From NCBI GenBank assembly GCA_046597055.1, contig JBKJLC010000093.1, positions 1 through 42,047 of the forward strand: a stretch of DNA of 42,047 nucleotides, read 5' to 3'. This DNA is from Kofleriaceae bacterium. Lineage in GTDB: Bacteria > Myxococcota_A > Polyangia > Haliangiales > Haliangiaceae. Below the pieces are notes generated by a model. The model saw only the letters and a list, made by a program, of their open reading frames with translations, did no database searches and was not told the origin of the DNA. Position numbers and translations under genes: made by a program. Shown here one piece after another: positions 27,010 through 37,550 of this stretch (position 1 is the first letter of the stretch; every line of letters begins with the position of its first letter).

Positions 27010-28392
27010 ATGTTGTCCGACGGTCCGCTCCGCACCGCCACCGGGGTCCTCCCACTCATCGGCGCGACGCCGCTCGTCAAGGTCACCCGGCTCGACACCG
27101 GGCCGTGCGAGCTCTGGCTCAAGCTCGAGAGCGCCAACCCGGGCGGCTCGATCAAGGACCGCATCGGGCGCTCCATGATCGACGCGGCCGAGGCGTCGGG
27201 CGCGCTGCCACCGGGTGGTCATCTGGTCGAGGCAACCGCCGGGAACACCGGGCTCGGGCTGGCGCTGGTCGCCGCGCTGCGTGGCTATCGGCTGACCCTG
27301 GTGCTGCCCGACAAGATGAGCCTCGAGAAGGTGCTGCACCTGCGCGCGCTCGGCGCGCGCTGCGTGATCACCCGCTCCGACGTCGGCAAGGGCCACCCGC
27401 AGTACTACCAGGACCTGGCCCAGGCGATCGCGACCGCCGAGGGCGGTCACTACATCAACCAGTTCGAGAACCCGGCCAACCCGGCCGCGCACGAGCGCAC
27501 CACCGGCCCCGAGATCTGGGCGCAGATGGACGGCCGCATGGACGCCATGGTGTGCGGCGTCGGCTCGGGCGGCACCATCACCGGCCTGTCGCGCTACTTC
27601 GCGCAGGTCGCGCCCGCGGTCGAGATGCTGCTCGCCGATCCGGTCGGCTCGATCCTCGCCGACTTCGTCACCACCGGCGAGATCGGCCCGGCCGGGTCGT
27701 GGCTGGTCGAGGGCATCGGCGAGGATTTCGTGCCGGCGATCTGCGACCTGTCGCGGGTGCGACGCGCCTACTCGATCAGCGACGCCGAGGCGTTCGCCAC
27801 CGTGCGCGAGCTGCTGCGGACCGAGGGCATCCTGGCCGGGACCTCGTCGGGCGTGCTGGTCGCCGCCGCGCTGCGCTGGTGCCGCGAGCAGACCACGCCG
27901 AAGCGGTGCGTGACGCTGGTCTGTGACAGCGGCGGCAAGTACCTGTCGAAGGCCTACAACGACACCTGGATGGACGAGCAGGGGCTCACTGGCCGCGAGG
28001 CGTCGGGCGACCTGCGCGACCTGATCGCGCGCCGCGCCCGCGAGGGTGGCGTGGTCGCGGTCGGTCCCGACGACGCGCTGTCGGTCGCCTACGCGCGCAT
28101 GCGCTTGCACGACGTCTCGCAGCTGCCGGTGCTGGTCGGCGCGCGGCTGGTCGGCCTGGTCGACGAGTCCGACTTGCTGGTCGCCTCGCTCGACGATCCG
28201 ACCGCGTTCCGGCTGCCGGTGCGCGACGTCATGTCGACCCGGGTCGAGACCCTGGCCCCCGACGCGTCGGTGCGCGAGCTCTTGCCGCTGTTCGAGCGCG
28301 GCATGGTCGGCGTGGTCGTCGATGGCGACGAGCTGCTCGGCCTGATCACGCGGGTCGATCTGCTCAACTACCTGCGCCGTCGCGTGGGGTAG
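27010..28392 (+). CDS. Cystathionine beta-synthase (PLP enzyme with C-terminal CBS pair)
   Basis: NPGGSIKDR, EATAGNTG, GVGSGGT, VEGIG, CDSGGKYLSK; two CBS domains ending GLITRVDLL. Confidence 0.92.
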   Translation: MLSDGPLRTATGVLPLIGATPLVKVTRLDTGPCELWLKLESANPGGSIKDRIGRSMIDAAEASGALPPGGHLVEATAGNTGLGLALVAALRGYRLTLVLPDKMSLEKVLHLRALGARCVITRSDVGKGHPQYYQDLAQAIATAEGGHYINQFENPANPAAHERTTGPEIWAQMDGRMDAMVCGVGSGGTITGLSRYFAQVAPAVEMLLADPVGSILADFVTTGEIGPAGSWLVEGIGEDFVPAICDLSRVRRAYSISDAEAFATVRELLRTEGILAGTSSGVLVAAALRWCREQTTPKRCVTLVCDSGGKYLSKAYNDTWMDEQGLTGREASGDLRDLIARRAREGGVVAVGPDDALSVAYARMRLHDVSQLPVLVGARLVGLVDESDLLVASLDDPTAFRLPVRDVMSTRVETLAPDASVRELLPLFERGMVGVVVDGDELLGLITRVDLLNYLRRRVG

Positions 28393-28416
28393 CCACCACC
28401 GGCGGTCCCACGTAGC

Positions 28417-28563
28417 GCGCGCGCCTCGGCGCTGGTGTCGACCATGGCCCCGGCCGCCCAGGCCGCCTTCGATGCCGACCTCGCCCGCGCGCTCGCCATG
28501 GGCTTCGCCGGTCCGACCCTGGTGCCCCACCGGGTCTTCGCGGTGGTGGCCCGGGCGCCGTGA
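28417..28563 (+). pseudogene. Remnant 3' end of a class I SAM-methyltransferase-like gene
   Basis: RASALVSTMAPAAQAAFDADLARAL...VPHRVFAVVARAP* resembles the RAS...FD......L...F......PHRVF C-terminus I recall for such methyltransferases. No N-terminal part is present. Confidence 0.5.
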
Positions 28564-29931
28564 TCAGGTCGGCGTCATCTGCAGCGCCATCTTGAGGTCG
28601 ACGTCGGTGGCGTCGCCGTCCTCGTCGACCGCCGGGGTGAACGTCCACTTCTGCATCAGGCCCTCGACGCACGACTCGATGGCCGGGTCGACGCCGCGCG
28701 CGGAGGTGTCGGTGGTGGCGCCGCGGTCGGTGACGGTGAAGGTCAGCGTGACCTTGCCGGCCAGGGTCGCGTCGCCGCCGAGCGACTTCTTGTAGCAACG
28801 CTGCAGGCCCGACAGATAGCTGGTGCCGATCTTGCGGATGATGCCCGCGACGTCGGCGCCACCGACGATGCGCGGCGGCGGCACCGGGATGATGCGGCCG
28901 GGCGGGACCTGCTCGCCCTTGTCGGGGTTGACCGCGACCGGGCCGGTCGGCCCGTCGACCACGGGACCGCTGGGGACCGTGCCGAGCCGCGGGGTGCCGT
29001 CGCCGCGCAGGCGATCGGGGCCGCCGCCGATCGACGCCTTGGCGCCGGACGCGGCCAGCTCCGCGAGCTGCCGGTCGAGGTCGCTGCTGGGCCGCCGGGT
29101 GTTCATGCCGCCGGTGCTTGCGCCGCCCGGCGTGCTGGCGAACAGCTCCTCGGCGTAGCGGGTCGCGTCTTCGGGCAGACCGACCGGGGCGGTCGGGGGT
29201 CGGCCATCGGGGCGGGGCGGACGCGGCGTGGGCGTCGCGGTGCCCTGGCTCGGCGTCGGCGTCGGGGTCGCGGTCCCGGGCGGGGTCGGCGTCGCGGGCG
29301 CGTCGGGCGTCGGCACCGGATCGAGGTACGCCAGCTGGTCGGCGTCGATCACCATCAGCGTCTCGGGCACGTAGCTGGCCTGGGCCGCGCGGTCGACGAT
29401 GCCGTCGCCGGGACCATCGTGGAGGTGGGCGGCCACCATCACGCTGGCGTGGCCCAGGATCGAGATCGCGGCGAAGGTCGCGACCCGGCGATCGATCCGG
29501 TCGACGAAGGAGCCGCGCACCGAGCGCGGCAGGGTCGGCCGCGGCGCGACCGGGGGCAGCGCGACCTCCTGGAACAGGACCCGGACCTCGCCCAGCTCGA
29601 TCTTGCCGTGGCTGCCGGGGCGGACCACGAACGCGATGTGATCGCGGTGGCGGGTGGCGCCCGCCGCGAGGTCGGCCCGGGTCAGGACGGCGCCGGTGCT
29701 GGCGAGGCGGATGTCCATGCCCTCGGCGAGCCGGACCAGCACGCCATCGGCGGTCATGGTCAGGAGCGGCCACGATCGGGGCAGGCCGGCGACCGGCACG
29801 GCGATCGTGTTTCGCATCGAGCGGCCGATCGAGAACGAGGCAGGAGCGCGCAGGGTGCGCTCGTCGATCACGGTTTCACCAAGGACGACGCCGATGCGGA
29901 GAGCGCGGGTCGAGGCGGGGGCGGAGCGCAT
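28564..29931 (-). CDS. AgmX/PglI(GltG)-like protein: cytoplasmic beta domain, TM, Pro-rich linker, TonB-like C-terminal domain
   Basis: LRIGVVLG..VIDER, FSIGRS.RN, TM with GH motif, PTP-rich linker, LQRCYKKSL..DATLAGKVTLTFTV...G....C.....W.F. Confidence 0.8.
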   Translation of the reverse strand: MRSAPASTRALRIGVVLGETVIDERTLRAPASFSIGRSMRNTIAVPVAGLPRSWPLLTMTADGVLVRLAEGMDIRLASTGAVLTRADLAAGATRHRDHIAFVVRPGSHGKIELGEVRVLFQEVALPPVAPRPTLPRSVRGSFVDRIDRRVATFAAISILGHASVMVAAHLHDGPGDGIVDRAAQASYVPETLMVIDADQLAYLDPVPTPDAPATPTPPGTATPTPTPSQGTATPTPRPPRPDGRPPTAPVGLPEDATRYAEELFASTPGGASTGGMNTRRPSSDLDRQLAELAASGAKASIGGGPDRLRGDGTPRLGTVPSGPVVDGPTGPVAVNPDKGEQVPPGRIIPVPPPRIVGGADVAGIIRKIGTSYLSGLQRCYKKSLGGDATLAGKVTLTFTVTDRGATTDTSARGVDPAIESCVEGLMQKWTFTPAVDEDGDATDVDLKMALQMTPT

Positions 29932-30020
29932 GTCGGATTCAAACGCCCGGGATCGCCGAGCGATCTAGCTGGCAACGGCGGCGACGAGCCGTGACTGTCC
30001 TTGCCGTGTCGGCGCCGGGC

Positions 30021-30356
30021 CTACCCGGCCACCGGGCCCGGGAACGCGCGTTCGATCTGGGCGGCCACCACGAAGTCGTTCTCGCTGAGCCCGCCGACGC
30101 TGTGGGTCCACAGCTCGACCTCGACCTTGCCCCAGCCCAGCCGCAGGTCGGGATGGTGGTCCTCGGCCTCGGCGATCGCGCCGATGTGGTTCACGAACGC
30201 GAGCGCGCTCGCGAAGTCGGCGAGGCGATAGGTCCGGCGCAGGCGGTCGCCGGCGCTTGCCCAGTCGTGTCCGAGTCGGGCCAGCAGGGCGGCGACCGCG
30301 GGCGCGTCCAGCCGGCGCGCGCTGCGGATGCAGTGTCGGGTCGCGAGCTCGTCCAT
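30021..30356 (-). CDS. phhB: Pterin-4-alpha-carbinolamine dehydratase
   Basis: AEAEDHHPDL...WTHSVGGLSENDF..AA. Confidence 0.92.
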   Translation of the reverse strand: MDELATRHCIRSARRLDAPAVAALLARLGHDWASAGDRLRRTYRLADFASALAFVNHIGAIAEAEDHHPDLRLGWGKVEVELWTHSVGGLSENDFVVAAQIERAFPGPVAG

Positions 30357-30405
30357 GCCCCAGGGTACCCCGGCCGGTTGCGGTGCACCGCGCACCCCGC
30401 TATGA

Positions 30406-31305
30406 GTGACGACCGCCATGCCCGCCGTGATCGTCGCGTACCTGACGTGCGCCCTGGTGTGGGGCACGACCTGGTACGCGATCCGGGCCTCGACCGGGCC
30501 CGGCGGCTTCCCGACGCTCGAGTCGGCGGCGATGCGCTTCACGATCGCGACCTTGGTCCTGGCGCCGATCGTCGCGGCGCTGCGGCTGGGGCCGTGGCCG
30601 CGCGATCGCGCGACCTGGGGCTGGCTGGTGGTGGCCGGGGTGCTCAACGCGGTCAGCTACGCGCTCGTCTACTACGGCGAGGAGCGGGTGTCGGGCGGCC
30701 TGGCCGCGGTGCTGTTCGCGACCCAGCCGCTGATGCTGGCGGTGCTGCTCACGATCAACGGCTACGAGGCGGTCAAGCCGGCCGGCATCGTCGGCGCGCT
30801 GATCGCGTTCGCCGGGGTCGCCGTGCTGTTCGCCGACCGCTGGCAGGTGTCCTCGGCCCAGGTCACCGGGCTCGCGCTGATCCTCGGTGCGGTCGCCGCG
30901 TCGACCAGCTACTCGGTCGTGCTCAAGCGCCGCGCCGGGGCCCTCCACCCGGTGGTGGCCACGCTGGTGTTCCTCGCGGTCACCGCGCTCACGCTGATCG
31001 TCGCGGCGGTCGTGCGCGGCCCGGTGCTGCCGGCGTGGCCGCCGCCGGTGGGCCCGACCCTGGCGCTGCTCTACCTGGCGGTGATGGGCTCGGTGGTCGC
31101 GTTCGCGACCTGGCTGTGGCTGCTGCGCCGGCTGTCGCTGATGGTGACCACCACGCTGGTGTTCATCCTGCCGGTGGTCGCGCTGCTCGTCGACGCGCTG
31201 TGGGAGCGCGAGATCCGGATCGGCGCGCGCGCCTACCTCGGGATCGCGGTCGTGCTGATCGGGCTGGCGGTCAGCGTGCTCGGCAAGCGCGCGCCGCCGA
31301 CCTGA
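30406..31305 (+). CDS. EamA/DMT family transporter (start GTG 30406 or ATG 30418)
   Basis: LVWGTTW.AI, about 10 TM helices, SGGLAAVL...P, LYLAVMGSVVAF. Confidence 0.9.
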   Translation: MTTAMPAVIVAYLTCALVWGTTWYAIRASTGPGGFPTLESAAMRFTIATLVLAPIVAALRLGPWPRDRATWGWLVVAGVLNAVSYALVYYGEERVSGGLAAVLFATQPLMLAVLLTINGYEAVKPAGIVGALIAFAGVAVLFADRWQVSSAQVTGLALILGAVAASTSYSVVLKRRAGALHPVVATLVFLAVTALTLIVAAVVRGPVLPAWPPPVGPTLALLYLAVMGSVVAFATWLWLLRRLSLMVTTTLVFILPVVALLVDALWEREIRIGARAYLGIAVVLIGLAVSVLGKRAPPT

Positions 31306-31311
31306 CCGCGG

Positions 31312-32745
<1,434 letters not shown>

Positions 32746-32835
32746 TGGCCCGGACACTATCACATGCGTCGATCGCGGTACCCGCTGGCGCGATAATGGT
32801 TCCCCCTCGACCGTCTTGGGGCAATGCTCCGACCC

Positions 32836-33969
32836 ATGGCGTATGCAGCAGTTCCCGCCGCGCTGACCCGACTCACCGAGCTCGATGCCGCCTGGCGCGA
32901 GACCAATCCTGGCGCCCGGCTGGCCGCGATCCGGGCCGGCGGACGCGCCGTCCACGACCGCCTGGCGGCCGCCGGGCCAGCGGTCTCGGTCCGCACCGCC
33001 GATCTCGTCACGTTCCCGTACCCGACCCGGTTCGGGCTCGATGGCGCCGCCCGCACGCTGGTGCCGTTCGTGATGATGCGAAATCGGGTCCAGCTGGTGC
33101 AGGTCAAGGTCGGCGGCACGCTGGTCAACATCCTGGTGAACCCGAGCGATCCCGAGCGCTCGCTCAAGGCGCCGTTCTTCGCCCAGCAGCTCGCGCGCTA
33201 CGGCGACTTCGTGGCGCGGCGCCTGATGTCGACCCAGCACGAGACGGTCCCCGGCGCGCTCGCGCGCTGGGGCGTCGACCCCGCCGACATCCACTACATC
33301 ACCTTCGATCACCTCCACGTCCAGGACCTGCGCGGGCTGCTCGGCACCCTGGTGCCCGAGCCGGGCGCGAGCGCGCCGACCCCGGCGCTCCTGCCCAACG
33401 CCCGCCTGCTGGCGCAGCGCAGCGAGCTGGCCACCCTCGAGCAGCCGCACCCGCTGCAGCGCCACTGGTACGTCGACGGCGGCCTGCTCGGCGTCGATCC
33501 CGCCAAGGTGATCGCGCTCGACGGCGACTACGCGCTCGGCGCCGGCTTCGCGCTGGTGCGCACCCCCGGTCACACCGCCGGCAACCACAGCCCGGTGCTG
33601 GTCACCGAGCGCGGGCTGTGGACGATCAGCGAGAACGGCGTCGCGGTCGATGCCTATGCGCCCGAGGCGTCGGCGATCGCCGGGCTGCGCGGCCACGCCC
33701 GCCGCCACGGCGTCGAGGTGATCCTCAACGCCAACACCCGCGAGCACTCGCTCGATCAGTACACGTCGATGGTCCTCGAGAAGACGATCGCCGACCCGTG
33801 TCCGGACCGGCCCGAGTTCCCGCAGCACTTCTCGTCGTCGGAGCTGGTCCGTCACGTGCTGGCGCCCGGGCTGGCGCCGACCTACACCCACGGCGCGATC
33901 ACGTCGGGGCAGGTCGTCACCCGCAAGCTGGCGGTGACCCCGGCGGCCCGGCCGGTCGCGCAGGCCTGA
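32836..33969 (+). CDS. Metallo-beta-lactamase-fold protein with a variant metal motif
   Basis: YITFDHLHVQD, LLPNARLLAQ..E, TPGHTAGNHS. Confidence 0.8.
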   Translation: MAYAAVPAALTRLTELDAAWRETNPGARLAAIRAGGRAVHDRLAAAGPAVSVRTADLVTFPYPTRFGLDGAARTLVPFVMMRNRVQLVQVKVGGTLVNILVNPSDPERSLKAPFFAQQLARYGDFVARRLMSTQHETVPGALARWGVDPADIHYITFDHLHVQDLRGLLGTLVPEPGASAPTPALLPNARLLAQRSELATLEQPHPLQRHWYVDGGLLGVDPAKVIALDGDYALGAGFALVRTPGHTAGNHSPVLVTERGLWTISENGVAVDAYAPEASAIAGLRGHARRHGVEVILNANTREHSLDQYTSMVLEKTIADPCPDRPEFPQHFSSSELVRHVLAPGLAPTYTHGAITSGQVVTRKLAVTPAARPVAQA

Positions 33970-34101
33970 GCTGGGGTCGGTATGCCACGTGACGGGAAAA
34001 CCGTCAGGTGGCGTCTGGAATTTCGACATTTCCAAAGGTGGGGAGCGCGTCAAAGTTCACGGTTGACTGACCCGGGGGTCGGCCACCGTGAGGAGCTCGC
34101 C

Positions 34102-35292
34102 TTGATAAAACTCGCTTCGAATCTATCCGTGCTCGGAACTGCGTGTCTGCTGATGTCGCTGGTCGCCTGCGGCGACAACTTGCGGCCCGGCGGGGACTCT
34201 TCTGATGGCGCTCCCTCCGACGGTGCGAGCGGCACTGACGGGAGCGCCGATGGGAGCCCCACGGATGCGACGGCCACTGACGCGCGCATCCCGACCACGC
34301 CGACGGTGCTCGCGACCGTGCCCGCCAACGCCGCGCTCGTGGTCCCGCGAAACACGAACATCAGCGCGATGTTCAGCGAGGCGATGGACCCCGCCACGCT
34401 GACCCCGACCACGTTCACCGTGACCACCGGTACACCCGCGGTCGCGGTCGCGGGCACGCGAATCTACGGCAGCTCCGAGGTCGTGTTCTGGCCGACCGCC
34501 CGCCTCGCACCCACCACGATGTACACCGCGACCATCACCACCGGTGCGCGCAGCTCGTTCAGCGTCCCCATGGCGGCGCTGCACACCTGGAGCTTCACCA
34601 CGGGCCCCGACCTCGGGCCGGAGCCGCCGGTGAACCTGCGCACGGCTGGTGAGTACGTGGTGCTTGGCAAGAGCGGCATCTCGATGCAGGCGAGCACGCG
34701 CATCACGGGCAACCTGGGCGTCAGCCCGGTGACCTCGACCGCGATCACGGGGGCCGCGCTCATGCCCGACGTCAGCCGCCAGTTCTCCACCTGCGCGCAG
34801 GTCACGGGGCGGGTCTACGCGCCCGACTACGCGTCGCCGACCCCGGCCAACTTGACCGCTGCCGTCAGTGACATGGAGCTCGCCTTCACCGATGCGGCGT
34901 CGCGCGCGCCCGACGTCACCGAGCTGGGCGCCGGCAGCATCGGCGGCCTCACCCTGGTCCCCGGCGTCTACAAGTGGAGCTCGGGTCTCCTGATCGCGAC
35001 CAACGTCACGCTGCAGGGCGGCGCGAACGGCGTGTGGATCTTCCAGATCGCGCAGAACCTGGCGCTGTCGCCGGGCGCGATGGTGATGCTGACCGGTGGG
35101 GCCCTGCCCAAGAACGTGTTCTGGCAGGTCAGCGGCAACGTCAACGTCGACACCACGGCCCACCTGCAGGGCGTGGTCGTGGCGATGACCGAGATCACGC
35201 TGCGGACCGGCGCGCGGCTCACCGGGCGCCTGCTGGCGCAGACGGCGGTCGTGCTGCAGGCCGATACAATGGTCATTCAGCCCGCACCTTAG
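34102..35292 (+). CDS. Ice-binding (DUF3494) lipoprotein with Ig-like (Big_5/SbsA) domain
   Basis: AGGAG then TTG start; LVAC lipobox; P.N.A..V..N..I.A.FSEAMDPAT Ig domain; VNL.TAG.Y.VL.KSGI, GNLGVSP, AV.DM..A..DA, L.PGVYKW, WIFQI, KNVFWQV, GRLLAQTAV.L. Confidence 0.92.
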   Translation: MIKLASNLSVLGTACLLMSLVACGDNLRPGGDSSDGAPSDGASGTDGSADGSPTDATATDARIPTTPTVLATVPANAALVVPRNTNISAMFSEAMDPATLTPTTFTVTTGTPAVAVAGTRIYGSSEVVFWPTARLAPTTMYTATITTGARSSFSVPMAALHTWSFTTGPDLGPEPPVNLRTAGEYVVLGKSGISMQASTRITGNLGVSPVTSTAITGAALMPDVSRQFSTCAQVTGRVYAPDYASPTPANLTAAVSDMELAFTDAASRAPDVTELGAGSIGGLTLVPGVYKWSSGLLIATNVTLQGGANGVWIFQIAQNLALSPGAMVMLTGGALPKNVFWQVSGNVNVDTTAHLQGVVVAMTEITLRTGARLTGRLLAQTAVVLQADTMVIQPAP

Positions 35293-35426
35293 TGGTGGCG
35301 TGGTCAGCAGTGGTGGCGTGTAGGGGCGAGTCGGGTTGGCTCGCTCCGCTCTCCAGTGTCATGGTCTGGTCCGCGCAGATGGGCGCGCATGGAGAGAGGT
35401 CTGTCCTCTCTGCGAAAGGTATACTG

Positions 35427-37382
35427 ATGCTTCGATCGATCTCGATAGTGATGTTCGGCCTGGTGGTGGCGAGTGGGTGTGGGAAGAAAGCCGATAATGG
35501 CACTGGCGCACCGGCCAAGGATCCTCCTGGCTCCACCGCCGGCGTGACCACGCCGCCGCCCGCTCCGGGCGCGAAGGCTCCGGCCGGCGACCCCGCGGCG
35601 GTCAAGACCTCCGCGGGCGTGGAGGCCGGTGGCATCCAGCGTGACGCCGACGAGGGGCCGGCCGCGGTCGTCACCGCCGTCACCGGCACCGTCGAGGTGC
35701 GCCGGGTCGGCGAGACCGACTTCGCAGCCGCCAAGGCCGACCTCGCCCTGTTTCCCGGCGACGTGATCCGGACCGGCGAGACCTCGTCGGCGACGATCGC
35801 GCTCGCCGACGAGAGCGTGGTCGAGATCGCCGAGGTGTCGACGGTCGCCGTCGCCAGCCGCGCCGGGACCGCGGATCCGGCCTCGGCCGCCGCGGTGCTG
35901 TCGGGCCTGGCCCGCTTCACCGTGACCGCGCGGGCGCCGGGCGAGGGCGCGTTCCGCGTCTACACGCCGGCCGGCGTGATCCTGACCCGTGGCACCACCT
36001 ACGGCGTCGGCGTCGCCGCCTCCGGCGAGGCGATGGTCGGCGTCGAGTCCGGGATGGTCGACATCATCGGCCTGGCGTCGCTCGACGCGCAGCCGGTCGT
36101 GGTCGAGGCCGGCTCGTCGATCGTGCTCGAGGCCGATGGCAAGGTCGCGGCCCCGGCGCCTTGGCCCAAGGACGACTGGGGCACCTGGCGCGACGAGGCC
36201 GACGCCAAGCTCGAGCTCGCGGCGTCGTTCGACGCCCACGCCGACGCGCTGACCGCGCTCGACGTCCAGCTGGTTGATGCCTATGCCGAGCTCGACGCGT
36301 CGGCCGCGACGGTCGCCAGCTTCGAGGCGTCGGCCGCGGCCAGCGCCGACGCCGGCGAGACCGCCACCTACGAGGCGAGCTTGCCCGACGGCGCCGCGAC
36401 GATCGACGCGTCGTTCGCGGTCGCGGGCCGGCTCGAGCTGCTGACCTGGGCGTACGCGTCGCACGCCACGCTGGCGAGCGACCTGTACGTGCGCCATCCG
36501 GTCGAGGTCGAGGCCCAGTGGCAGGTGGTCGCTCCCCAGATCGACGCCGCCGTGCTGTGGCCCAAGCGCTACGAGATCACCGCCGTCGGCTACCTCGAGC
36601 CGCTGCGCGTGCAGTACTACGTCCATCACCCGCGCGGTCGCGTCCACGCCGAGCTGGTCGGCGTCGCGGTGCCCGAGTTCTACGCCAAGGTCGAGCCGCC
36701 GGAGCTCGACCCGGTCCGGGTCCGTGGTCGGGTGAAGGCCAAGATCTGGATCGCGCCGACGATGGCGTACACCGCGTCGGCCCGACCGATCTGGATCGCC
36801 GCGCCGTCGGCCAGCTGGCGCGCCCGCGCGACGTTCAAGCCGGCGCCCATGCGCGGCGGCGTCGCCTGGTACGTGCGGCCGCCGACCCTGCGCGCGAAGC
36901 TGCTCGTCGGCGGGGACCTCAAGGGCAAGTACGTGACCCGGCTCAAGGTCAAGGCACCCGAGCCCCGCGCGTCGCTGCGGGCGCGCTGGGCGGTCCCGGT
37001 TGGCCTGAAGATCAAGGTGAAGCCGCCGAACCTCTCGGCGGCCGCTGACGCTCGGACCCGGGTCAAGCTCGACATGGGCGGCCGGCTCGACGTGCGCGGT
37101 CGTGCCCGCGCCGACGTGCGACCGCCGGCCGCCGACATCAAGGTCAAGGTGCCCGAGATCAAGGTCAAGGCGCCCGACGTCAAGGTGAAGGTCGGCGGCG
37201 CGGTCAAGGCCGGCGGCGCAGCCGCTGGTGACGTTCGCGGTCGCGCCGACGGCGCGGTCAAGGCGGGGGCCGGCGTGAAGGCCGGCATCAACGTGAAGCC
37301 GCCCGAGGTGAAGGTGAAGGTCAAGGTGCCCGACGTGAAGGTCAAGGCCACCGGCAGCGCTGGCTTCAAGATCGGCAACTGA
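35427..37382 (+). CDS. Lipoprotein with FecR-like domain and Lys/Val-rich repetitive C-terminus
   Basis: ASGC lipobox; V.GTVEVRR...L.PGD.IRTG..S.A.I.LAD.S...F.V.TP......RGT.Y.V....V.V.SG.V; tail KVKVPEIKVKAPDVKVKV...GFKIGN. Confidence 0.85.
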   Translation: MLRSISIVMFGLVVASGCGKKADNGTGAPAKDPPGSTAGVTTPPPAPGAKAPAGDPAAVKTSAGVEAGGIQRDADEGPAAVVTAVTGTVEVRRVGETDFAAAKADLALFPGDVIRTGETSSATIALADESVVEIAEVSTVAVASRAGTADPASAAAVLSGLARFTVTARAPGEGAFRVYTPAGVILTRGTTYGVGVAASGEAMVGVESGMVDIIGLASLDAQPVVVEAGSSIVLEADGKVAAPAPWPKDDWGTWRDEADAKLELAASFDAHADALTALDVQLVDAYAELDASAATVASFEASAAASADAGETATYEASLPDGAATIDASFAVAGRLELLTWAYASHATLASDLYVRHPVEVEAQWQVVAPQIDAAVLWPKRYEITAVGYLEPLRVQYYVHHPRGRVHAELVGVAVPEFYAKVEPPELDPVRVRGRVKAKIWIAPTMAYTASARPIWIAAPSASWRARATFKPAPMRGGVAWYVRPPTLRAKLLVGGDLKGKYVTRLKVKAPEPRASLRARWAVPVGLKIKVKPPNLSAAADARTRVKLDMGGRLDVRGRARADVRPPAADIKVKVPEIKVKAPDVKVKVGGAVKAGGAAAGDVRGRADGAVKAGAGVKAGINVKPPEVKVKVKVPDVKVKATGSAGFKIGN

Positions 37383-37390
37383 CGACCCGC

Positions 37391-37413
37391 CCCCGCGATC
37401 GTCGATCGCGGGG
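37391..37413 (+). terminator. GC-rich hairpin after the FecR gene (possible terminator, no U-tract)
   Basis: CCCCGCGATCG-T-CGATCGCGGGG, starting 9 nt after the stop. Confidence 0.45.
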
Positions 37414-37550
37414 ATCGGTCGACCCGCGCGCGTGCGGGGGCTCGCGACGCGCTGTCGATTTGCGCCGAGCCCCACGTTTGCGCGGACCACTGACGATCTG
37501 GACGAGCCATCGCCCGGGTCCCGAGTAAGGTTCAAGTGGGCGTGATGCGC

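Noticed and set aside
33990..34095. c-di-GMP-I (GEMM) riboswitch, suggested by GGGAAAACC and GCGTCAAAG
   Set aside because: Spacing and the GNRA-capped P2 stem do not fit the consensus. Reported only as an unexplained hairpin.
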